The position numbers were made by a program, and so were the translations under genes. From an uncultured delta proteobacterium (lineage in GTDB: Bacteria; Desulfobacterota; WTBG01; JAGOGO01), in contig CAVSIB010000007.1 of the NCBI GenBank assembly GCA_963727835.1, forward strand, positions 4,429-68,428: DNA of 64,000 bases, given 5' to 3'. A model generated the notes under the pieces. It saw only the letters and a list, made by a program, of their open reading frames with translations, searched no databases and was not told where the DNA came from. Shown here in pieces: positions 10,323 through 22,481 of the stretch. Every line of letters starts with the position of its first letter. Position 1 is the first letter of the stretch.

Positions 10323-11251
10323 ACACAGCAGTCAACATTGGCGGTATACCTCTCAAAAATCCGGTTATTGCTGCCTCCGGAACATTTGGATACGGCCTAG
10401 AGTTTTCCCCGTTGTTAGATTTAAATGAGCTGGGGGGTATAGTGGTTAAGGGATTATCCTTAAAACCTTATCCGGGAAATCCTCCTCCCCGCATCATGGA
10501 AACCACCGGAGGCATGCTCAATTCCATCGGACTGCAAAATATCGGAGTAGATTCTTTTACCAAAGAAAAGCTCCCGCTTTTGCGTAACTATGATGTGGCT
10601 ATCTTCGTTAATATCTTCGGGCACACTATCGAAGAGTATTTAAGGATAGCTCGACGTTTGTCCGAGACTGAGGGGATAGCGGGACTCGAAGTTAACATCT
10701 CCTGCCCCAACATTAAAAAAGGCGGGATGTCCTTTGGCAAAGAGCCCAAACAGGCCGGCCTTTTAACAAAGCGGATTCGCAAGGCAACCTCCTTACCCCT
10801 TATGATAAAGCTTACTCCTCAGGCATCTGATATTGCCGACGTTGCCAAAAGAGTTGAAGGAGAAGGTGCAGATAGCATATCCCTGGTGAATACTTTTCTG
10901 GGCATGGCAATTGATGTTGACACTGCCGCTCCATTACTTTCAACAATAACCGGAGGTCTCTCTGGTCCCGCAATTAAACCTATTGCTCTCCGGATGGTGT
11001 GGGAGGTGGCTCAAAAAGTCTCAATACCGGTTGTGGGATTGGGAGGAATTGCTTCCTACCGTGATGCTCTCGAATTCATGATTGCCGGAGCACAAGCAGT
11101 TCAAGTGGGAACAGCTAATTTTATTAATCCCACTATGTGTAGGGAAATCATTCACGGCATTAAGGAGTATCTTAAGGCTAAACATATTGACGATATAAAA
11201 CAACTTGTCGGAAGTTTAAACCTATCTGGTCATGAAACGACATCCAACTAA
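10316..11251 (+). CDS. pyrD: Dihydroorotate dehydrogenase class 1B
   Basis: ASGTFG, NSIGLQN, NISCPN, GGLSGPAIKP. Confidence 0.96.
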   Translation: MVNTAVNIGGIPLKNPVIAASGTFGYGLEFSPLLDLNELGGIVVKGLSLKPYPGNPPPRIMETTGGMLNSIGLQNIGVDSFTKEKLPLLRNYDVAIFVNIFGHTIEEYLRIARRLSETEGIAGLEVNISCPNIKKGGMSFGKEPKQAGLLTKRIRKATSLPLMIKLTPQASDIADVAKRVEGEGADSISLVNTFLGMAIDVDTAAPLLSTITGGLSGPAIKPIALRMVWEVAQKVSIPVVGLGGIASYRDALEFMIAGAQAVQVGTANFINPTMCREIIHGIKEYLKAKHIDDIKQLVGSLNLSGHETTSN

Positions 11252-12279
11252 AAGCATTAGTATCGGTAATATAAAAGTTGGTGGACGGGCGCCTATATCG
11301 GTCCAATCCATGACCAAAACCGACACCCGAGACGCAGCTGCGACGATTAGCCAGATCCATGAACTGGAAGAAGCTGGCTGTGAGATAATACGGGTCGCGG
11401 TGCCGGATGAAAACGCTGCTCAACAATTAGAAGACAATAAAAAACCGTATTGCTATCCCTTTAATTGCCGATATTCATTTTAACCATAAACTCGCACTGA
11501 TGGCCATCGATGCCGGGGTTGATGGCCTCAGAATAAATCCCGGTAATATCGGAGAAAAAAGAAAAGTTGCTGAAGTCGTAAAAAAAGCTTCCACCCGCTC
11601 AATCCCTATCCGTATCGGAGTTAATGCCGGGTCACTGGAAAAAGACCTGTTAAAAAAATACGGTCACCCTACTCCCCCAGCCTTAGTCGCAAGCGCCCTT
11701 CGCAATATTAAACTCTTGGAAAGCTTTGACTTTGATCTTATCAAAGTCTCCCTTAAGGCTTCTGACGTGCTTTCAACCGTAAAAGCGTATCGCCTGATTG
11801 CTTCCAAAACCCATTATCCCCTGCACGTTGGTATTACCGAAGCTGGTCCTTTGCTCAAGGGAGCGATTAAGTCTTCTTTGGGAATGGGTATTCTTTTGGC
11901 TGAAGGGATTGGCGATACCATCCGGGTCTCTCTTACTGCGCCCCCGATTGCGGAAGTGAAAGTTGGTTATGCTATTTTGCGGGCATTAAAGTTACGACGT
12001 TTTGGTCCGGAGATCATCTCCTGCCCTACCTGCGGCCGCTGTGAGGTAAATGTTGAAAGGATCGTTAAAGAATTAGAAAACCGAATTTCACATCTAAAAA
12101 AGTCCATCACTATCGCAGTCATGGGCTGCGTGGTCAATGGCCCGGGAGAAGCCCGGGAGGCGGACATTGGGATTGCCGCAGGAAAAAGATCCGGTTTGTT
12201 GTTTAAAAAAGGAAAACCTGTCGGAAAAGTGCCAGCACAAAACCTGGTGGACCGCCTCATTGAGGAAATAGACAACTGA
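11232..12279 (+). CDS. ispG: HMBPP synthase (frameshift near 11435)
   Basis: VQSMTKTDT, RINPGNIG, GVNAGSL, GDTIRVSL, SCPTCGR, MGCVVNGPGE across two ORFs. Confidence 0.94.
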
Positions 12280-12487
12280 TATGAGACAACCACCTGACAA
12301 GATACAAGGATTAATAAATCATTAAGCGAGGGAAACCTGCGCCTTCCAATACTGGGTAGTAACAGTCAATTCAAGATGCATCCAGTCCGAATCAAAAATT
12401 TCTTCCTTAGCCTCAACTTATTGTTGCAAAGGTCAAGCTATAGATTTTTCTTTCAAGAAATCGCATAAAGATGAAAATTAACTGTAA

Positions 12488-12753
12488 GGAGAACGAAAAG
12501 ACAGGTACATTTGAAGCGAACCGTTCAACAAATTTTGGAGCATCATGAGCAGGCAAGCATCAAGAAAGATATATCAGTGCATACACCATGTCACAGCTTT
12601 AAACCATCTCCTTGAAAGTGCGTGGATTTGCGATACATACAGGTGCTGCTTGGCCATGCACACAGTAAGATAACTGAAATTTACCTGTAGCCAACGAGTC
12701 TTGGTAAAACAAGAAGTCCATTAGATAGCTTAAGCGCCTCAAAAGGAAGGTGA
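12488..12753 (+). pseudogene. Decayed C-terminal fragment of a tyrosine recombinase/integrase
   Basis: Manual translation across indels gives RTVQQIL..ASIKKDISVHTPCHSF..HLLES..DLRYIQVLLGHAHSKITEIY..SLGKTRSPLDSL, the box II pattern HxLRH...LGH...Y. Confidence 0.75.
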
Positions 12754-13316
12754 TGAGTGACATTTATTGTCAACAAGGGGGAAAGGGGCGGGTTGCTGTC
12801 AGAGGTAATATATCCTCAATATGTCGTTTATCATCCCGAATTGGGGCAAAAGACGACATAAGCATATGAACGAGATTAGCTGCCACCGCTGGCAAAGGAA
12901 TATCAATGGGTAAGATCACCAGTTGAACGCTTGATCAATTGTATGATTGCTGAAGAAGTTCGGTGAGTGGTGACTCAATGGATTCAAATAAACGAAACAA
13001 GAACTCCTGAAACGCTCTTCCATTCTCGATTTGCGCCGAGAACGTTATCTGCGATTGTGCCCTTAATGAAGGAGATTCCATACAACAATTAAAATTGCTC
13101 TGACATGATAAAATAATTCAGGGTGTTTTGAGGATAAAGAAGGTGTTGATAATGGAAACCTTAAAGCAAGAAGCCATCGTAATTTCAAACTTCCTGATAG
13201 GTTACGGTCAGATCCGCCATGTTCGCCTTGGGAAGATCTCCTCTCCCTATTAAAGCTACCTCTGACGGAAAACTGAGAAAATTTCTTGGCTGGAAAATCC
13301 AGAACCAGAAAACTAA

Positions 13317-15018
<1,702 letters not shown>

Positions 15019-15179
15019 CGCTTATCGGTCGAGGATAAAGAGATAATAACCTTGGTTTAAAAATAGTGGAGGAGTATTTCAAAGAACAAACGTCCATCCA
15101 AACCGTGTAGAGGAAGTTTATGCCCATGGTAACCACCCATAAAACGACCCACACATTACACAGAATACGAGGTTCATAG

Positions 15180-17415
15180 ATGGACTCTTTACCCCTTCCA
15201 TCACAAAAATCTGATCAGAATAAACTGTGGGATATAAAAAAAGATGATCCTCACCAAGGCCTTCCTATTGTCCGCATCAACGACATCATTGAAAGTCTGC
15301 AATCCTACTATCCTCATGCTGATACTGCCCTGATTGAAAAAGCCTATATTTTTTCGGCCAAGGCCCATCAGGGACAGATTCGACTCTCTGGAGAGCCATA
15401 CCTTACCCACCCATTACACGTTGCTTACATTCTTACCAAAATGAAAATGGATGATCTCTGTGTTGTCACCGGAATTCTTCATGATACCATGGAAGACACC
15501 TCGACGAGCCTCGAAACAATCCAGGACGCTCTTCGGCCCTCATGTCGCTTCCCTTGTAGATGGATTAACAAAAATCAGTAAAATCAACTTTAGTAGTACC
15601 GAGGAACAACAAGCAGAAAATTTTCGCAAAATGATCCTGGCAATGGCCCAAGATATTCGCGTGATTCTTATCAAGCTCGCGGATCGCATCCACAATATGA
15701 GGACCTTAGAATTTTTATCTTCGGAAAAACAAAAAATCATCGCCCAGGAAACCCTTGATATTTATTCTTCCATCGCCAATCGTTTAGGAATTGATTGGAT
15801 CAAAACCGAACTCGAAGACTTGTCTCTTAAGTTTCTTCACCCCAAAGAGTTTCATTACCTCGACGAAATGATCAGGTCAAAAAAAGAGGAACGCAATCAG
15901 TATGTCCAAAAAGTAAAAAAAATAATTTCGGAGAAGCTGGAGCAGTTCAATATTCAGCCCGAGGTCGTTGGACGGTTAAAGCACTATTACAGTATTTACC
16001 AAAAGATGCTCCGTCAAAAAATCGATTTTGATCAAGTTTATGATCTTATCGCTTTTAGAATGATCGTTAATTCAATCAAGGATTGTTATGCCGCTCTCGG
16101 AATTATCCACTCACTGTGGACACCGGTGCCCGGACGGTTTAAGGATTTTATTGCGATGCCAAAGGCCAACATGTACCAATCCCTTCATACGACGGTGATT
16201 GGTCCTTATGGGGAAAGGATGGAAATTCAAATCAGAACCTTGGAGATGCATAAGATAGCCGAGGAAGGGATTGCTGCCCATTGGCGTTATAAAGAAAGTG
16301 GAAAAGAAATTGACAAACAATATAATCAGCTTTTTTCGTGGCTTCGCCAGATGTTAGAATGGCAGCAAGAGCTCAAAGACCCGGGAGAGTTTTTGGAAAC
16401 TTTTCGCATTGACCTTTTCCCTCAAGAGGTCTATGTATTTACACCCCGGGGAGAAGTAAAATCTTTCCCGAAGGGGGCGACCCCGATTGATTTTGCCTAT
16501 GCTATCCACACCAATGTTGGTCATCAATGCATAGGAGCCCGTGCTAACGGCCGGATGGTCCCTTTGGCGTATGAGTTGAGGAATGGTGACACTATTGAGA
16601 TCATTACCTCAAAAAATCAAAAGCCAAGTAAAGACTGGTTGAAAATCGTAAAAACTTCTCACGCCCGCACCAAGATACGACAGTGGGTACGGCTTACCGA
16701 ACGTGAAGATGACATTCAGGCAGGACGAGAAGCGTGTGAACGTGAGTTTAAACGGTATCACCTCAATTTCACCCATCTTTTGAAGTCAGGAAAAATTGGC
16801 AAGGTGATGGAGGATATTGGTTTCAATAATGTGCAGGACCTTTTGATTGCCATAGGGCTTGGAAAAATCCAAATCAGTCACATTATCCAAAAATTAATCC
16901 CGCCGGAAGAACTGGAGAAAAAACTAAAATTCCTTTCCAAAAAAGGCGAATCAAAACCAAAACCAGCTGACTCTTCAAGTGGAGTGCGCGTAAAAGGGAT
17001 TGACCACATTTTGGTAAATTTCGCAAAATGTTGTAGTCCGCTTCCGGGAGACAAAATTATCGGGTATATCACGAAAGGTCGGGGTGTAACGATTCACCTA
17101 GATGCGTGCCCTCGTCTCCTTGAAACAAGCAAGGAACGAAGAGTCGAGGTGGGTTGGGACCGTACTAAAGAATTGAGCCGTTCGGTAAAAATTAAAGTTT
17201 TATCACAGGATAAACCCGGCTTGCTTTCTGAACTTAGCGGGGCGATTACAAAACTTAAAAGCAATATCAAAAGGGCAAATGTCATGACGACCGGAACTCA
17301 GCAAGGTGTCAGCACTTTCGAGTTAGAAGTTAAAGACCTTGCACATCTGGAAAGCATTATCAATCATATCAAAAAAATTAAAGGGGTTATTGAAGTAAGC
17401 AGGATAAAGCTGTAA
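15180..17415 (+). CDS. relA: Bifunctional (p)ppGpp synthetase/hydrolase (frameshift near 15525)
   Basis: HQGQIRLSGEPYLTHP, ILHDTMED, IKLADRIHNMRTL, YQSLHTT, TGS (TPIDFAYAIHT) and ACT domains. Confidence 0.94.
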
Positions 17416-17427
17416 AGGGAGAACAGC

Positions 17428-17619
17428 CTAAGAGGCTTTGTTCAAGACGCCGGATCGAAGGCATTGGGTACAGACCTTCATTCGCCGCCTCGAACCTTTT
17501 TCGCCTACTCGAACTTTTTGGAGGTTAGGGTACCACACATGTTTGGTTCTGTTGTGCGCATGGCTCACCGTATATCCAATTTGATGCCCTTTCCCGCAAA
17601 TCTCACATTTTCTTGCCAT
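17428..17619 (-). CDS. rpmB: 50S ribosomal protein L28
   Basis: [32 protein letters not shown]. Confidence 0.96.
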   Translation of the reverse strand: MARKCEICGKGHQIGYTVSHAHNRTKHVWYPNLQKVRVGEKGSRRRMKVCTQCLRSGVLNKAS

Positions 17620-17815
17620 TGTTTCACCTTAACTAAATAAAATATAAGTAAAATTATTTTGTTTTCATTAAAACCATTTGAATGTGCAACTATTGCCGGA
17701 ATTTTTGATTTTTACCATAAAATTTTTTTTTGGCAAGCTTTTTTTACTCTATTGCTATCTTGACTGAAGTTTTCATTTTTTTGAGTTTAAAACCATTATA
17801 ATATCAAATAATTAA

Positions 17816-18268
17816 TCAACCAGTGCGTTTTTTCATTCGAAAATAATCCTGAAGAATTTTATCATGATCAAACACTATGGGATGGGGGAGATCGTCCGGA
17901 GTGAAAATTCCTAAATCCTCCGCATCATCAGCCGCATAGGGCATTCCCCGGCCTTGGGCAATAAAAACGATTGAGAGTGTATGTCGTCGTGGATCCCGCG
18001 TGGGGTCTGAATATACCCCAAACTGTCGCATAGACTCTAATTCCAAAGAAGTCTCTTCTTTTGCCTCACGAGCTGCTGCCGCTTCAACTGTCTCGCCATA
18101 ATCCACGAATCCCCCGGGAAGCGCCCATCCGTGAGGATAGTTTTTCCTTTTTATTAAAATAATTCCTTGAGCTTCAACCTCAATGATGATATCCACGGTA
18201 GGGACAGGATTTTGGTATTCCAGTAATTCTTTCCCGCAATGAGGACATATTTTTTTCTTTCTGGCCAT
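17816..18268 (-). CDS. NUDIX hydrolase with zinc ribbon
   Basis: CPHCG and the Nudix box [24 protein letters not shown]. Confidence 0.92.
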   Translation of the reverse strand: MARKKKICPHCGKELLEYQNPVPTVDIIIEVEAQGIILIKRKNYPHGWALPGGFVDYGETVEAAAAREAKEETSLELESMRQFGVYSDPTRDPRRHTLSIVFIAQGRGMPYAADDAEDLGIFTPDDLPHPIVFDHDKILQDYFRMKKRTG

Positions 18269-18362
18269 ATGGCTTCCTTTAGTAAGATTTAGGTTCAATT
18301 TTTATTTTTATTTTATCTTATTATAAAAGAAGATTTCTATTTTTCTTGGAAAGTAAAGCTCC

Positions 18363-18391
18363 TTGACGGATGTTCACTATCCTGCTATACA
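18363..18391 (+). promoter_or_regulatory. Putative sigma-70 promoter of lptFG
   Basis: TTGACG-N17-TATACA with TG at the extended -10 position. Confidence 0.5.
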
Positions 18392-18463
18392 ATCATTCTC
18401 GACAAGATTTTAAAAATGAATTGAATTTCAAAAAATGCCAACGCGTTCTTTCTGACTCCCAAG

Positions 18464-19879
18464 ATGGTTTTAAATAAGTTTACACCAAAAATCAAAATAA
18501 TTGATCTTTACCTATTTAAAGAGCTACTCACCACTTTTGGGTTATGTATCTTCATTTTTACTTTTACCATGCTCATGGGTCAGGTCTTCAAACTGACTGA
18601 AATGGTAATAAATAAAGGTCTTGGATTCGTAGCCACTTTAATGTTTTTAGGATTTATTCTTCCTTCCTTATTAATGTTCGTTATCCCCATGAGCCTTTTA
18701 CTCGGAATCCTCACCACCCTGGGAAGGATGTCAACTGATGGTGAAATTATTGCGCTTAAAGCCTCAGGCATTAGCCTTTCCCAAATTTTGCGGCCAATTC
18801 TAATGGTCGCGTTAATTGCATTTTTTGCGTCCAATTTTTTTAGCCTTTATTTAAGTCCCAAAGCAAATTACTCTTTAAAAAAACTGATTTTTGATGTTGC
18901 GAAAACCAAAGCAGAAGTTGGAATCAAAGAAGGGATATTCAATTCTGACTTCGAGGGTTTAACGATTTATGTTAACCACCTAGCCCCAGATGGGAAATTA
19001 GAGGGGGTCGTGGTATCTGATACCCGCCAAGCCGAAGAGCCTTTAACCATATTCGCCCAAGAGGGGTATTTAATCCCTCATCCTGAAGACCTTGCAATGA
19101 TCCTTCATTTAAAAAACGGCTGCAATCATCATCTTAGTCAAAGGCAAAAAAATTATCAAACATCTAATTTTGAAACGCAGGATCTGATACTAAACTTCCA
19201 AGACTCCTCTGCCGGACCTACAAAAAAGCAAAAGGAAATGTCACTTCAAGAATTATGGCAGTTCGCAGTCCAACAAAGGGACAACAAAGAAAAATATTAT
19301 GATATCTTAACAGAATTAAACAGCCGGTTTTCTACCCCTTTTGCTTGTTTAGTCTTTGGCTTTTTAGCAGTTCCACTCGGCATTTTTTCTCCCCGGGCCG
19401 GAAGAGCATACGGTTTTGTTATTAGTTTAATGGTAATACTCATATATTATATTCTTTTTTCTCTGGGAGAAAATATCGGCAGCCTTGGCATGGTGCATCC
19501 CATGATTGCCATGTGGGTACCTAATATATTTTTTCTTTTGCTCTCTTTCTACCTTTTCAAAAAAATAAAGTCTGAATCACCAATAATGATTTTAGAGAAA
19601 CTCAACTGGTGCCTGGAAATAATTAAAAATACATTTCGCCGTATTACCGAAGGAACAAAGTCCGAAAAATTCGACGACCTTCCCTCGCTCATGTGGGACA
19701 TTAATAACTCTACCAAAGATGGCCTGATGTTGAAGCTGGGCATTGGGGAAAAAAGGGCCGCTGCAATTATCGCCTATCGAGAAGCCCAGGGAGGCATAAA
19801 AGAGCTTGAGGAGCTAAAAAAAATCCGAGGCATTAGCGACAAAACCTTGAATAAAATTTTAGAGAATCTCCTTGGCTAA
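18464..19879 (+). CDS. lptF: LPS export permease LptF fused to a C-terminal ComEA-like helix-hairpin-helix domain
   Basis: RMSTDGEIIALKASGIS, PFACLVFGFLAVPLG, AMWVPN; tail DINNST..LGIGEKRAAAIIAYRE..G..LEELKKIRGI; one continuous ORF. Confidence 0.9.
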   Translation: MVLNKFTPKIKIIDLYLFKELLTTFGLCIFIFTFTMLMGQVFKLTEMVINKGLGFVATLMFLGFILPSLLMFVIPMSLLLGILTTLGRMSTDGEIIALKASGISLSQILRPILMVALIAFFASNFFSLYLSPKANYSLKKLIFDVAKTKAEVGIKEGIFNSDFEGLTIYVNHLAPDGKLEGVVVSDTRQAEEPLTIFAQEGYLIPHPEDLAMILHLKNGCNHHLSQRQKNYQTSNFETQDLILNFQDSSAGPTKKQKEMSLQELWQFAVQQRDNKEKYYDILTELNSRFSTPFACLVFGFLAVPLGIFSPRAGRAYGFVISLMVILIYYILFSLGENIGSLGMVHPMIAMWVPNIFFLLLSFYLFKKIKSESPIMILEKLNWCLEIIKNTFRRITEGTKSEKFDDLPSLMWDINNSTKDGLMLKLGIGEKRAAAIIAYREAQGGIKELEELKKIRGISDKTLNKILENLLG

Positions 19880-19927
19880 ATGGATATTCCTAACATTTAT
19901 CTCTTGTAAAAGAAAAATAAATTCACC

Positions 19928-21004
19928 ATGACGATTATCACCCGGTATATCCTCCGCGAATTCATCAAACTCTTTTTATATAGCTTAGCGGTAATAGTTA
20001 TTCTTTTTTTTATCGGTGACTTGGCTGAGCGCCTTGGAGACTTTTTACAATACCAGGCAAGTTTTGCATCACTCTTGCAACATTTCCTTTTTAGGATCCT
20101 TGCCATAATTTTCCAGATTACTCCCGTCCCGGTACTCCTTGCTACTTCTATTGAGATCGGTATACTATCTCGAAATTTCGAGATCATCGCCCTAAGGTCA
20201 AGCGGAGTAAGCCTATCACGGACGATATCGCCTATCCTTATCGCCGCTTTATGCATCAGCATTGTTACTCTCTTGGGCAACGAACTTGTTTCCCCTTATG
20301 CTACCAAAAAAGCTGCGGCTCTTGCCCGCAGTATCAAAGGGAAAGAAAATAAAAAAATCTTTAATCCAGATCAAATCTGGTTGCGGGGAAAGGGGATTAT
20401 TTATAATATCAAGTACTTTTCCGCTCGCAAGAATACGCTTCATGGCGTTACCGTGTATTTCCTTAACCATGATTTTAGGCTCTACAAAAGAATCGATGCT
20501 GAACAGGCTATCTGGCAAGGAAATACATGGGTTTTCCAAAATGTTTTCACCCGAGAGTTTGAAGCAAATAACGTTATTAAGTCTTCTTTCACCAAAGAAA
20601 CATCCTTTCCCCTTGAAGAGACACCGGAAACCTTTAAACAAGAGATCAGGGAACCCGAAGAGATGGGTTATCTCGAGTTAAAAGCATATATTGAAAAAAC
20701 CACCCAGGAGGGGTATGATACCACCAAATATTTAGCAGATTTATACGCTAAACTTTCCAGCCCCTTCATCAATTTTTTTATTGCTTTATTTGGGATTCCC
20801 TTTGCCCTGAGGATTGGAAAACATGGGGGGTTTGCTATCGGGGTAACATTAAGTTGTTTTATTGGACTTTCATACTGGTGTTTTTACCAAATCTGCAATG
20901 TTCTCGGAGCGGGAGGGGCTTTGCCCCCGCTTATTTCTGCCTGGGCCGCAAATTTTATTTTTGGCATTTTGGGATTCTATCTTTTGTTGCACGTAAAATA
21001 TTAG
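19928..21004 (+). CDS. lptG: LPS export permease LptG
   Basis: MTIITRYILREF, RNFEIIALRSSGVS, PEEMGYLEL, LPPLISAW. Confidence 0.92.
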   Translation: MTIITRYILREFIKLFLYSLAVIVILFFIGDLAERLGDFLQYQASFASLLQHFLFRILAIIFQITPVPVLLATSIEIGILSRNFEIIALRSSGVSLSRTISPILIAALCISIVTLLGNELVSPYATKKAAALARSIKGKENKKIFNPDQIWLRGKGIIYNIKYFSARKNTLHGVTVYFLNHDFRLYKRIDAEQAIWQGNTWVFQNVFTREFEANNVIKSSFTKETSFPLEETPETFKQEIREPEEMGYLELKAYIEKTTQEGYDTTKYLADLYAKLSSPFINFFIALFGIPFALRIGKHGGFAIGVTLSCFIGLSYWCFYQICNVLGAGGALPPLISAWAANFIFGILGFYLLLHVKY

Positions 21005-21111
21005 CATGAAAAGAATATCGTTACCCACGCGCTCAGAAAAGAGTGAATAACTAATTGTCTTCAGGGGTTAGTACTCATGAAAACCAAGTCCTTTTTCATC
21101 GGTTAATCAGC

Positions 21112-21702
21112 ATGTTAAATTTACCAAACATCTTAACTCTGAGCAGAATTGCTTTTATCCCGGTTTTGTTCATCCTGTTATTTTTTCCTGACAGAACAGC
21201 CAGCTTTTTTGCTGCCTTCTGTTTTGCCCTAGCCTCTCTCACTGACTTTTTAGATGGTTTTTTTGCTCGAAGAAGAAACAGTATTACCCGTCTGGGAAAA
21301 ATCCTTGATCCCTTGGCTGACAAGCTTTTGATCACTGCTTGTTTAATCATGCTTATTCCTCTTCATGGGGTTGCTGCCTGGGTGGTAGTCATCATCGTAT
21401 CCCGAGAAATAGCCATTACCGGCTTAAGAGGAATTGCCGCAATCGAGGGCTTAGTTATTCCTGCTGAAACGTTGGGAAAGAAAAAAACTGCTTTCCAGGT
21501 TGTTGCCGTCTTTTCCTTACTGCTCCATTATGAATATTTTCACATAAATTTTCATCAAATCGGAAACGTCTTATTATTCTTGGCTATGCTTCTGGCCGTA
21601 TGGTCAGGGTTAGTCTATTTCTATCGATTCTCCTTTTTGATCAACCTCATGCCTAAAGAAGAAAGAAGAGTTTCTGTTGACAGAACAAAAAATTTACTTT
21701 AG
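21112..21702 (+). CDS. pgsA: CDP-diacylglycerol--glycerol-3-phosphate 3-phosphatidyltransferase
   Basis: NLPNILTLSRI, TDFLDGFFARR, GKILDPLADK. Confidence 0.95.
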   Translation: MLNLPNILTLSRIAFIPVLFILLFFPDRTASFFAAFCFALASLTDFLDGFFARRRNSITRLGKILDPLADKLLITACLIMLIPLHGVAAWVVVIIVSREIAITGLRGIAAIEGLVIPAETLGKKKTAFQVVAVFSLLLHYEYFHINFHQIGNVLLFLAMLLAVWSGLVYFYRFSFLINLMPKEERRVSVDRTKNLL

Positions 21703-21705
21703 ATT
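21677..21705 (+). promoter_or_regulatory. Sigma-70 promoter of the tRNA pair
   Basis: TTGACA-N17-TAGATT 17 bp upstream of tRNA-Gly. Confidence 0.65.
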
Positions 21706-21722
21706 TTAATATTGCCTTAAAA

Positions 21723-21794
21723 GCGGGAATAACTCAGCGGTAGAGTGCAACCTTGCCAAGGTTGAGGTCGCGGGTTCAAATCCCGTTTCCCGCT
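21723..21794 (+). tRNA. tRNA-Gly(GCC)
   Basis: GCGGGAA acceptor pairs with TTCCCGC; anticodon arm CAACC-TTGCCAA-GGTTG; T-loop GTTCAAATC; CCA not encoded. Confidence 0.97.
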
Positions 21795-21800
21795 TTAAAA

Positions 21801-21873
21801 GGCGGCATAGCCAAGTGGCTAAGGCAGAGGTCTGCAAAACCTTTATTCCCCGGTTCGAATCCGGGTGCCGCCT
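21801..21873 (+). tRNA. tRNA-Cys(GCA)
   Basis: GGCGGCA/TGCCGCC acceptor, anticodon loop CTGCAAA, T-loop GTTCGAATC. Confidence 0.96.
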
Positions 21874-21885
21874 CTTGTAATTTCA

Positions 21886-21916
21886 ATGGGTTAGCGTTTT
21901 TCGTTAGCCCATTTTT
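21886..21916 (+). terminator. Island-side terminator after tRNA-Cys
   Basis: AATGGGTTAGCG-ttttt-CGTTAGCCCATT then TTTT. Confidence 0.6.
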
Positions 21917-22092
21917 GTTTTCTGGTTTGGTATAGGTTTGGTTTTTTTATCCAATTCATCGATGTTCGTTCTGCTTTCTCTTGGCAACCATTTATAATAA
22001 TTTTTATACGTCAAATCCGTGTTTCCGTGTCCCATTTCTTTACTAACCTCTGCCAGTGAATCCCCTTTGCTCACTCTGGAAGGATACACCAC
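21904..22092 (-). pseudogene. C-terminal remnant of a phage-type tyrosine integrase
   Basis: SKGDSLAEVSKEMGHGNTDLTYKNYYKW matches the box II GH....T...Y pattern; adjacent to attL. Confidence 0.7.
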
Positions 22093-22453
22093 CTATCCTC
22101 CTAAACACAACTTTCAACTATATCTCATCGTTTTATGGTTAATTCCAAGTCAACAAATTTACCAACCGACATTGATTATAAAGAGCAATAAAACACAAGC
22201 CGGAGATTAAGGGGATTAAAAAGGAAAGGGAGAAAAGGAATAATTTTTTTTGGAAGCATAATTTTTTCCCCTAAACATTAAAATTATCTACTCACCTTTG
22301 ACATAATATTTTCTCTTTAATTATAAACACGGCACAGTAACGGCAAACGATATACTGTGCCTGGGAATGCAATCTACCGACAGCAACCACTATCAACACC
22401 TAACCCCAAACTCCCCAACTCCTTTTTGGTAAGACTTAAAAATCGCAAGCGGG

Positions 22454-22481
22454 GGAAGTTCAATTCTTCCCTGACCCGCCA
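22454..22481 (+). other. tRNA-like 3' fragment (T-arm, acceptor strand, CCA)
   Basis: GGAAG-TTCAATT-CTTCC-CTGACCC-G-CCA has canonical spacing; no matching 5' half. Confidence 0.55.

Noticed and set aside
21753-21935. 60-aa ORF over the tRNAs (and the 72-aa ORF at 28475-28693 over attR)
   Set aside because: Spurious translations of tRNA sequence.
22331-22400. Riboswitch (c-di-GMP-I or ZTP-like) around GGCAAAC and GCCTGGG
   Set aside because: Only isolated short motifs; the required second stems are not evident and no downstream gene is suitably oriented.
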